64,000 nucleotides of DNA from Deltaproteobacteria bacterium UBA1386. Its GTDB lineage: Bacteria; Desulfobacterota; Syntrophorhabdia; Syntrophorhabdales; Syntrophorhabdaceae. The position numbers were made by a program, and so were the translations under genes. Positions 57,492 through 64,000 of this stretch are shown piece by piece. The notes under the pieces are model-generated. The model was given only the letters and a program-made list of their open reading frames with translations. It did not search any database and was not told where the DNA came from. The stretch covers positions 27,859 through 91,858 of the forward strand of contig DBQU01000062.1 of NCBI GenBank assembly GCA_002305765.1. Direction: 5' to 3'. Within the stretch, counting starts at the first letter, position 1, and every line of letters starts with the position of its first letter.

Positions 57492-58744
57492 AAGGTCCGG
57501 CCGCGATCCTTCTGGCAGGCGGAGTGGGAAGCAGGCTCAACATCCTCGTCCGGCACAGGGCGAAACCTGCCGTCCCTTTCGGTGGCATATACAGGATAAT
57601 CGACTTCACCCTCAGCAACATCGGCAATTCGGAAATGACCAGTGTGGCCGTTCTGACGCAGTACAAGCCTCTTTCCCTCATGGACCACATAGGCGACGGC
57701 TCCTCCTGGGACCTGTCGGGCCGCTCGCGCAGCGTCAAGATCTTCCCCCCCAAGACGGGAGAGGAGGACTGGGATTGGTACAAAGGCACAGCCGACGCCG
57801 TGCGCCAGAACCTTTCCTTCGTCGTCTCGGCCGAAAGCGATGAGATCATGATCCTGTCGGGCGACCACGTCTATCACATGGACTACCGCCGGATGGTCTC
57901 CTTTCACCGGGAGAAGAAAGCCCGCGTCACCATCGCCGCCATTCCCGTGCCCTGGGAGGAAACATACCAGTTCGGGACTGCCGTCACAGACGACAGCAAC
58001 AGGATAGTAAGCTGGGAGGAAAAATCGCCAAGGGCAAGGTCCAACCTCGCCTCGATGGGGATATATGTCTTCGACAGGAAATATCTGATCGATCTCCTCG
58101 AGGAATCCAAGGAAGATGATTTCGGGCACCACATCATCCCCCGGGCCCTTGAGGAAAAGGTCGTCTTCGCTTATCCTTTCGACGGATACTGGCGCGACGT
58201 GGGCACCGTTCAGGCGTACTGGGACGCGAATATGGACCTTCTTGACCCATCCTCGGGGATAGACCCGGGATCCTGGAGGACAATGACAAACATAAGCGCC
58301 CGGGAACCGGCCTTCGACAGGCCACCCGTCCTGGTATCTTCCGGCGCCCGGGTGGTGCGTTCCATCCTGTCGCCCGGCTGCACCGTCGAGGGGCATGTGG
58401 AGAACTGCGTCCTGTCGCCCGGAGTCGCGGTCGAACGCGGCGCCTTCGTTCGCGACTCCATCATAATGCATGATTGCCGCATAGGTGAAGGGGCACGCGT
58501 CGAACGCTGCATTTTCGACAAGGAGGTGGTCGTGGGTGCGCATACCACGGTCGGTATCGGGGACCCGAAGACGGTCAACCGGACCCACCCGGAACATCTC
58601 TACTCGGGCCTCACCATCATCGGAAAACAGTCGATCATCCCCGGAGACATCACCATAGGCACAAACTGCATCATCAACCCCATGCTGGGCTCCAGATCCT
58701 TCACGGGAGAGGTCGGGAGCGGAACGACCATAACTGGAGCGTGA
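57488..58744 (+). CDS. glgC: Glucose-1-phosphate adenylyltransferase (catalytic-type)
   Basis: ATG 57488. Canonical LLAGGVGSRLNILVRHRAKPAVPFGGIYRIIDFTLSN, WYKGTADAV, SGDHVYHMDY, and a C-terminal LbH region. Confidence 0.85.
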   Translation: MKGPAAILLAGGVGSRLNILVRHRAKPAVPFGGIYRIIDFTLSNIGNSEMTSVAVLTQYKPLSLMDHIGDGSSWDLSGRSRSVKIFPPKTGEEDWDWYKGTADAVRQNLSFVVSAESDEIMILSGDHVYHMDYRRMVSFHREKKARVTIAAIPVPWEETYQFGTAVTDDSNRIVSWEEKSPRARSNLASMGIYVFDRKYLIDLLEESKEDDFGHHIIPRALEEKVVFAYPFDGYWRDVGTVQAYWDANMDLLDPSSGIDPGSWRTMTNISAREPAFDRPPVLVSSGARVVRSILSPGCTVEGHVENCVLSPGVAVERGAFVRDSIIMHDCRIGEGARVERCIFDKEVVVGAHTTVGIGDPKTVNRTHPEHLYSGLTIIGKQSIIPGDITIGTNCIINPMLGSRSFTGEVGSGTTITGA

Positions 58745-58759
58745 AAGCGAAAGGAACAT

Positions 58760-60022
58760 ATGGCTGACACCGCGATCAAGAGAGAGGACATCCAGGCGCG
58801 GGTGACCCGGATCGGCAAGGCCGACATACTTGTGGGCATCCCCAGCTACAACAACGCCCGATCCATCGGCCACGTGGTACGGGCCGTGCAGGCAGGTCTC
58901 GCCAAGTATTTCCCCGACCGCAAGACAGTCCTCGTGAATTCCGACGGAGGCTCGACGGACGGGACGATGGATGTTGTCCATGACACGACGATCGATGATT
59001 TCCGGTCGATCCTCCTTTCCCACCGTGTGGAATCCTTTTCCAAGATGACCATCCCCTACCACGGGATCCCCGGCAAGGGAAGCGCTTTCAGGACCATCTT
59101 CGAGATCGCGCAGGCCCTCGACGTGAAAGCCTGTGCCGTGGTGGACTCCGACCTGCGCAGCATCACCCCCGAGTGGATAGAACTTCTCGTTAAGCCCGTC
59201 ATGGAGGACGGCTATGATTACGTCTCTCCCCTTTACCATCGCCACAAGTACGACGGGACGATCACGAACAGCATCGTCTATCCCCTGACACGGGCCCTCT
59301 ACGGCAGGAACGTGCGCCAACCCATAGGCGGTGACTTCGGGTTCTCGGGGAAACTCGCGGGATTCTATCTGTCCAAGGACGTCTGGGAAACCGACGTTGC
59401 CCGCTACGGCATAGACATCTGGATGACGACAACGGCCATAGCCAATGACTTCCGGGTCTGCCAGGCCTTTCTCGGGGCCAAGATCCACGATGCCAAGGAC
59501 CCGGGGGCGGACCTTTCGGCCATGCTCTACCAGGTCGTGGGGGCAACCTTCGGCCTCATGGAGGAATACCCGAGAACATGGAAGAGCGTGACACGGACAC
59601 AGCCGGTGCCCGTATTCGGGTTCACCTACGAGGTCGGCCTCGAACCGGTGAGCGTCAACATCCAGAGAATGATCGACAAGTTCACACTGGGCGCCAGAGA
59701 ACTTGTCCCCGTGTGGGAGAACGTCCTGTCCGAAGAGACCCTCGGCTTCCTCAAGGAACTGGCCGACGCGCCGCAGGACAATTTCCACATGCCTGACGCG
59801 GTGTGGGTGGACATCATATACAGCTTCGCCCTGGCCGCGCATCGCAACCTGCTCAACAAGGAACACCTTCTCAAGTCGCTGACCCCGCTGTACATAGGAC
59901 GCACGGCGTCATTCGTGATCGAGGCCTGGGAAAGCAGCGGACCCGAGGTGGAAGAGAAGATAGAGAACCTCTGCGGGGTATACGAGAAGCTCAAGCCGTC
60001 CTTCTCGGACCGCTGGAAGTAA
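58760..60022 (+). CDS. GT-A glycosyltransferase resembling glycosyl(-3-phospho)glycerate synthases; substrate unknown
   Basis: 420 aa; ILVGIPSYNN, NSDGGSTDGT, GKGSAF, acidic motif VVDSDL, PIGGDFGFSG, YGIDIWMTT, then a helical C-terminal domain. The order of motifs parallels mannosylglycerate synthase as I recall it. Confidence 0.55.
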   Translation: MADTAIKREDIQARVTRIGKADILVGIPSYNNARSIGHVVRAVQAGLAKYFPDRKTVLVNSDGGSTDGTMDVVHDTTIDDFRSILLSHRVESFSKMTIPYHGIPGKGSAFRTIFEIAQALDVKACAVVDSDLRSITPEWIELLVKPVMEDGYDYVSPLYHRHKYDGTITNSIVYPLTRALYGRNVRQPIGGDFGFSGKLAGFYLSKDVWETDVARYGIDIWMTTTAIANDFRVCQAFLGAKIHDAKDPGADLSAMLYQVVGATFGLMEEYPRTWKSVTRTQPVPVFGFTYEVGLEPVSVNIQRMIDKFTLGARELVPVWENVLSEETLGFLKELADAPQDNFHMPDAVWVDIIYSFALAAHRNLLNKEHLLKSLTPLYIGRTASFVIEAWESSGPEVEEKIENLCGVYEKLKPSFSDRWK

Positions 60023-60040
60023 AACGAAAGGGGGCTTTAC

Positions 60041-60748
60041 ATGAATTTTCTTCAGAGGGTCATTATAGAGCCTTTCGAGAGCTCTTACGAGAAGTTCCTC
60101 ACATTCATGCCCAATTTCCTCACCTCCCTGGCGCTTCTCATTGTGGGCATCGTCCTTGCTGCGGTCCTCAGGATGGTCTTTCTAAGGATCTTCCGGGCCA
60201 TAAACCTCGACAAGGCGGCCCAACGCCTCGGGCTTTTCGACATGCTCCTCAAAGGCGGGATCAGGGACTCCCTTTCGGCCTTCATCGCAAGGATAATCGG
60301 ATGGCTCGTCATCTTCACCTTCGCCGTCGTGGCGGTGCAGACGCTCAAGATACCCACCGTCGAGCACCTCCTGGAGCGTTTCTTCCTCTATCTCCCCAAT
60401 GTCTTCACGGCGGCGGTGATCCTTCTCTTCGGCTATCTTTTCAGCAACTTTTTCGGACGCGCCGCGCTCATAGCGTCGGTCAACGCGGGAATACAAAGGG
60501 CCGGCCTCGTCGGCAGGCTGGTCAAGATCACCGTCTTCATCCTGTCCGCCACAATGGCGATGGAACAGCTCGGGATCGGCCGTGATACCGTGCTCATAGC
60601 CTTTGCCATTATCTTCGGAGGCATTGTCCTGGCCCTCGCCATCGCCTTCGGCTTCGGCGGAAGGGACATCGCCAGGACCTATCTGCAAAGGACCGTGGGG
60701 AAAGAGAAGGAGAATGAAGAGAACCGGGACGACATCAATCCGCTGTAG
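60041..60748 (+). CDS. Membrane protein with repeated conserved TM-helix modules (mechanosensitive-channel-associated type)
   Basis: 235 aa; repeated pattern of TM helix plus short amphipathic segment (LALLIVGIVLAAVLRMVF...; LVIFTFAVVAVQTLKIP...; FTAAVILLFGYLFSNFFG...; ITVFILSATMAMEQLGIG...; FGGIVLALAIAFGFGGRD). The family assignment is from memory. Confidence 0.55.
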   Translation: MNFLQRVIIEPFESSYEKFLTFMPNFLTSLALLIVGIVLAAVLRMVFLRIFRAINLDKAAQRLGLFDMLLKGGIRDSLSAFIARIIGWLVIFTFAVVAVQTLKIPTVEHLLERFFLYLPNVFTAAVILLFGYLFSNFFGRAALIASVNAGIQRAGLVGRLVKITVFILSATMAMEQLGIGRDTVLIAFAIIFGGIVLALAIAFGFGGRDIARTYLQRTVGKEKENEENRDDINPL

Positions 60749-60785
60749 AGTTTTAAGTTGTCAGGTTTTAGGTTTTAAGTTGAAG
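60749..60785. repeat. Family B arm without a partner
   Basis: AGTTTTAAGTTGTCAGGTTTTAGGTTTTAAGTTGAAG immediately follows the stop codon. It resembles the arms at 34015..34110. Confidence 0.8.
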
Positions 60786-60884
60786 ACCGTCGTTGTCCTG
60801 ACCCTTATCCGTTCTTTCCATTGACAGGCGGTTGGGGATTCTGCTCTTATTTTGAGAAATACAACGACAGGGAGATGACGGCGC

Positions 60885-61919
60885 ATGATCGAGTTCAGGA
60901 TGGTGGAATCGGAAAGTACTTTCCTTGACCCGCGAAAGGGCTTCGAGCCCACTACCGTACGTTTCCAGGTGCGTGTCGATCCGTTAACGGGCAGGACCTG
61001 TCATTTTTCTCATTTCGGCGCCGTCAAAGCCCAGAGACTCGATCTGGCCGGGTATCACGATCCCGCCGTAAAGGGTTTCTGTCCCTTCTGCGCCGAACAT
61101 CGCGAAAGGACAACGCCGAGATTCACGCCCGATGTCGTTCCCGAGGGGAGGCTGGAGAACGGGGAGGCGCTTCTTATACCCAATCTATTCCCCTATGACA
61201 TCCACAGCGGTGTCGTCGTCATGACCGACGATCACGTCGTCGGCCTGAAGGACTTCACCCGAAAGAGGCTCGATGATGCCTTTTCCCTGGGCATCGACTT
61301 CCTGCGCCGCATAGCGGATCTCGACGGTTCGTTGCCCTATCACCTCATGACATGGAACTACATGCCCCCTTCGGGGGGAGGCCTCGTTCATCCCCATCAG
61401 CAATACTTCGCCACCGCATGCCCCGGCAACCAGTTCATGGATGAGCTGTCCGCATCACGACGCTTCGCGGAACGCCACAGGCAGAATTACTGGTATGCCC
61501 TCGCGAGACAGGAGGCGACAGGCAACGAGCGGTATATCGCACGGATCGGTTCGGGACACTGGATCGCTTCTTTCGTCTCTCTCGGGCTGCTCGGAGAGAT
61601 CATGTGCATCTTTCCCGACGTCTTTTCCCTCCAGGACCTCACCGACGACGATATCGACGACCTCGTTTCCGGACTCGAGCGCGTCTTCCGGTATTTCGAG
61701 GAAGCGGGGGTCTTCAGCTTCAACGCGTCGCTCTGTCTCGGCCCCCGCGACCAGGAGCACTTCAGCTGCTACTTCCGCATCGTCCCCCGGACGTTCCTCA
61801 ACACGCGTGACTTTGCCCCGGACCTCAATTTCTTCCAGGCCATCCTCTCCGAACCCATCTGCGTGGTCCTCCCGGAAGACCTCTGCAGGGAGGTAAAGCC
61901 CTACTTCAACCAGGGATAG
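60885..61919 (+). CDS. GalT-type (HIT superfamily, HxHxQ) nucleotidyl-hexose-1-phosphate transferase/phosphorylase-like protein
   Basis: 344 aa; Zn-type CPFC motif (GFCPFCAEH) and the active-site histidine motif GLVHPHQQYF. Confidence 0.65.
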   Translation: MIEFRMVESESTFLDPRKGFEPTTVRFQVRVDPLTGRTCHFSHFGAVKAQRLDLAGYHDPAVKGFCPFCAEHRERTTPRFTPDVVPEGRLENGEALLIPNLFPYDIHSGVVVMTDDHVVGLKDFTRKRLDDAFSLGIDFLRRIADLDGSLPYHLMTWNYMPPSGGGLVHPHQQYFATACPGNQFMDELSASRRFAERHRQNYWYALARQEATGNERYIARIGSGHWIASFVSLGLLGEIMCIFPDVFSLQDLTDDDIDDLVSGLERVFRYFEEAGVFSFNASLCLGPRDQEHFSCYFRIVPRTFLNTRDFAPDLNFFQAILSEPICVVLPEDLCREVKPYFNQG

Positions 61920-61924
61920 TTGCA

Positions 61925-62133
61925 GGTTCAAGGGTTCAAAGACATTTCAAGAGTTCAAGGGCTCAAGAGTAAAAGAAGAAAACAACGGACGCTTTTGGCG
62001 TGTAAGCACGATTCGAGGGAAGGACCGCGAAGGGGGATCGGTTGTCAATACTATTCGCGTACCGGCCAAAGGCATCCGGCGCCTTTTGGTCTTCTACTCT
62101 TGAACTCTTGAACTTTTGAACCCTTGAACTTTC
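61925..62133. repeat. Family C hairpin element, gene-free copy (arms of GTTCAAGRG-type units, core contains a ~70-nt conserved module)
   Basis: The left arm 61925..61972 and right arm 62094..62133 are imperfect reverse complements. The core 62022..62094 is about 75 percent identical to 63394..63464. Confidence 0.85.
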
Positions 62134-62173
62134 TTTTGCTTGCATGCCCCTCCTTCTATCCTATAGTTCCTGT

Positions 62174-62746
62174 ATGGATATCATCGAACTGGTCACGAAG
62201 AACAGGAGCCACCGGCGGTTTCAGGAGAGCGAACCCATAACCATGGAACAGCTGGAGGGCCTCGTGGAGCTTGCCCGTCTTTCGCCGTCGGCCGCGAATC
62301 TCCAGCCTCTCAAGTTCGTTCTCTCCAACGACCCCGCCCGCAACGCGTCCATTTTCTCCTGTCTTGCGTGGGAGGATTATATCAGGAACTCCCGCGGGCC
62401 TGCCGAAGGCCGTCGGCCGTCGGGATACATCGTCGTCCTCGGTGATACCACCATCACGAAGGACTTCTCGTGCAACCACGGGATCGCCGCGCAGAGCATA
62501 CTCCTCGGCGCCACGGAGATGGGTCTGGGCGGATACATGTTCGCCGGGGTGGATAAGGCCAGGCTTGCGACTCTTCTCCGTATACCCCGGGAATACGAGA
62601 TACTGCTCGTCATCGCCCTGGGCGTTCCCAGGGAACGTGTCGTCGTCACGGAGGCCAGGGACGGCAACATCGCCTATTGGCGCGACATCAACAAGGTCCA
62701 CCACGTTCCTAAACGCCCCCTGGCGGAGATCATACTGGATCTTTGA
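62174..62746 (+). CDS. Nitroreductase family protein (paralogue 1)
   Basis: ORF from 62144; preferred ATG 62174 (MDIIELVTKNRSHRRF). Roughly two-thirds identical by eye to the downstream paralogue. Confidence 0.85.
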   Translation: MDIIELVTKNRSHRRFQESEPITMEQLEGLVELARLSPSAANLQPLKFVLSNDPARNASIFSCLAWEDYIRNSRGPAEGRRPSGYIVVLGDTTITKDFSCNHGIAAQSILLGATEMGLGGYMFAGVDKARLATLLRIPREYEILLVIALGVPRERVVVTEARDGNIAYWRDINKVHHVPKRPLAEIILDL

Positions 62747-62755
62747 AAAAATGTT

Positions 62756-62793
62756 CCAGGTTCAAGGGTTCCAGAGTTTCAGGTTTTTGAATC
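62756..62793. repeat. Family C left arm between the two nitroreductase genes
   Basis: CCAGGTTCAAGGGTTCCAGAGTTTCAGG is the near reverse complement of the right arm at 63465..63496. Confidence 0.8.
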
Positions 62794-62818
62794 TTACGTC
62801 ACAGCGATGGGAGATGGC

Positions 62819-63391
62819 ATGACTGTGCTGGAGCTTGTTACGAAGAGCAGGAGTTACCGGAGGTTTCACGAGGACAGGACGATCAGTTTGCAGCAGCTGA
62901 AGGGGCTTGTCGAGCTTGCCCGCCTTTCGCCCTCGGCGAGGAACCTGCAGCCCTTGAAGTTCATCCTGTCCCATGACTCCCGGAAGAACGCCGCCATATT
63001 CTCGTGCCTTGCATGGGCAGGCTATCTCAAGGACTGGCCGGGCCCCGAGGAAGGCGAAAGGCCTTCCGCCTATATCATTATCCTCGGGGACGGGTCCCTC
63101 ACAAAGGACTTCGGCTGCGACCACGGGATCGCCGCCCAGAGCATTTTGCTGGGAGCGACGGAGACGGGACTCGGCGGATGTATACTCGGCAATATCCAGA
63201 GGGACCGCCTGAAAGCCCTTCTGAAGATACCAGATCGGTACGAGATCCTCCTTGTCGTTGCCCTCGGAGCACCCAAAGAAGAGGTCATCATCGACGAGGT
63301 GAAGGAGGGGGACATCAAGTACTGGCGCGACGCCGACAAAGTCCACCACGTGCCGAAACGCTCCCGGGGGGAACTGATACTCAAGATTTGA
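62819..63391 (+). CDS. Nitroreductase family protein (paralogue 2)
   Basis: ORF from 62807; probable ATG 62819 (MTVLELVTKSRSYRRF). Shares blocks LVELARLSPSA.NLQPLKF, IFSCLAW, HGIAAQSILLGATE.GLGG, YWRD..KVHHVPKR with paralogue 1. Confidence 0.85.
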   Translation: MTVLELVTKSRSYRRFHEDRTISLQQLKGLVELARLSPSARNLQPLKFILSHDSRKNAAIFSCLAWAGYLKDWPGPEEGERPSAYIIILGDGSLTKDFGCDHGIAAQSILLGATETGLGGCILGNIQRDRLKALLKIPDRYEILLVVALGAPKEEVIIDEVKEGDIKYWRDADKVHHVPKRSRGELILKI

Positions 63392-63393
63392 AA

Positions 63394-63496
63394 GACCGCG
63401 AAGGGGGGTCGGCTGTCAAGGGAATACGTACACCGGCCGAAGGCGCCGGTGCCCTTTTTGTCTTTTACTCTTGAACTCTGGAGCTCTTGAACCTTC
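63394..63496. repeat. Family C conserved module plus right arm
   Basis: The module 63394..63464 is homologous to 62022..62094. The right arm 63465..63496 (TTACTCTTGAACTCTGGAGCTCTTGAACCTTC) pairs with 62756..62793. Confidence 0.85.
63431..63466 (+). terminator. Intrinsic terminator inside the family C module
   Basis: 7-bp stem CACCGGC / GCCGGTG (63431..63437 and 63445..63451) followed by CCCTTTTTGTCTTTT. Confidence 0.6.
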
Positions 63497-63497
63497 T

Positions 63498-64000
63498 TTA
63501 TTTCCTGTCCAGAAGTTCCCTCACTTTCTTGAGGAGCAGGGTCGGGGACACGGGTTTCGAGAGGTATTCCAGGGATTGGTCGCGTATCCCCTTGTCTGTG
63601 ATGACATCGGCCGCATACCCGCTGACAAAGAGCACCTTCGCATCGGGCCGCATCATGATGATCTCGTCATACACCTGTTTGCCGTTTCTCTTCGGCATGA
63701 CCACGTCGAGGATCGATAGGTCGATCACGTGAGAGAACTCGGTGAAACGCTCGATGGCCTCCTGTCCGTCGACCGCCTCTATTATGCGATAACCGGCCTT
63801 CCGCAGGATCTCGCGCGTAAGCTCACGGACGCTCCTGTTGTCCTCGGCTATCAGGATCGTCTCGCTGCCGCCCCGCATGGGCTGAACGCCGGCGCGTCTG
63901 CGTTCCGGTCTCCCCTTCGCGACGGGGAGGTAGACCGTGAAGGTCGTTCCTGCCCCGGGGGCGCTGCAGACATCGATAAAACCGCCATGCTGCTTGACTA
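63498..64000 (-). CDS. Hybrid sensor histidine kinase, C-terminal HATPase end plus receiver domain (5' part beyond the right edge)
   Basis: Receiver domain TILIAEDNRSVRELTREILRKAGY...DLSILDVVMP...KVLFVSGY. The same frame stays open upstream to the window edge and reads ...KQHGGFIDVCSAPGAGTTFTVYLPV, the end of an HATPase_c domain. Confidence 0.85.
   Translation of the reverse strand, partial: VKQHGGFIDVCSAPGAGTTFTVYLPVAKGRPERRRAGVQPMRGGSETILIAEDNRSVRELTREILRKAGYRIIEAVDGQEAIERFTEFSHVIDLSILDVVMPKRNGKQVYDEIIMMRPDAKVLFVSGYAADVITDKGIRDQSLEYLSKPVSPTLLLKKVRELLDRK

Noticed and set aside
57011-59866. 951-aa minus-strand ORF spanning the glgC-type genes and the downstream GT gene
   Set aside because: It is antisense to plus-strand ORFs with clear family motifs (GGxGxRL, LbH repeats, GT-A motifs). 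Its translation is Arg/Gly/Pro/His-rich and low in complexity with no recognisable domain. Long stop-free antisense frames are expected in GC-rich coding DNA.
61925-63496. Integron-like gene cassette array (ORF followed by an imperfect palindromic attC)
   Set aside because: No intI integrase or attI is present, the arm units (GTTCAAG) do not fit the GTTRRRY core, and the arms flank the gene on both sides rather than only 3' of it. It is kept as a repeat-bracketed gene observation instead.

Overview
GC-rich 64-kb chromosomal window that is densely coding: about 67 protein genes and 3 tRNAs. I recognised no rRNA, CRISPR array, transposase, integrase or phage genes. The gene content points to an anaerobic deltaproteobacterium-like (Thermodesulfobacteriota-type) organism: alternative haem pathway ahbC-hemB-ahbD, a GltD/SfrB-like redox module, a split F-type ATPase operon, a TRAP transporter and a Cache-MCP. 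The taxon is inference only. Layout from left to right: (1) A minus-strand complex I operon, nuoA-B-C-D-[truncated NuoF::GltD fusion]-[NuoG-like]-H-I-J-K, with no nuoE or canonical nuoF. (2) Envelope and housekeeping genes (SLT transglycosylase, DedA, TatC, DUF502-like, YyaL-like). (3) ahbD-hemB-ahbC and tRNA-Pro. (4) rsmG-parA-parB, followed by atpF'-F-H-A-G-D-C with two appended genes. (5) A BamD::LptA-like fusion lipoprotein. (6) Assorted redox and housekeeping genes, an MCP, IscU-YjbQ, and tRNA-Gly/tRNA-Cys. (7) A Crp/Fnr regulator plus TRAP transporter. (8) A roughly 15-kb compatible-solute/glucan locus: MpgP-family phosphatase, GpgS-like GT, LapA-like protein, a two-repeat unknown protein, TreT, TreZ, TreY, GlgD-like plus GlgC, a second glycosylglycerate-synthase-like GT, a TM-helix protein and a GalT-like protein. 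(9) Tandem nitroreductase paralogues and the 3' end of a hybrid histidine kinase. The least explained signal is non-coding. At least four sequence-unrelated families of intergenic elements share one architecture: inverted arms built from tandem 7-10 nt units around a variable core. They sit mostly at convergent gene ends. In two of them every arm mismatch is G:U-compatible on one strand only, and one pair of arms brackets a complete nitroreductase gene. The best protein-level oddities are the chimeric complex I input module, the BamD::LptA fusion and the uncharacterised genes embedded in the trehalose/glucosylglycerate locus. All functional calls come from reading translated ORFs by eye; no searches were run.
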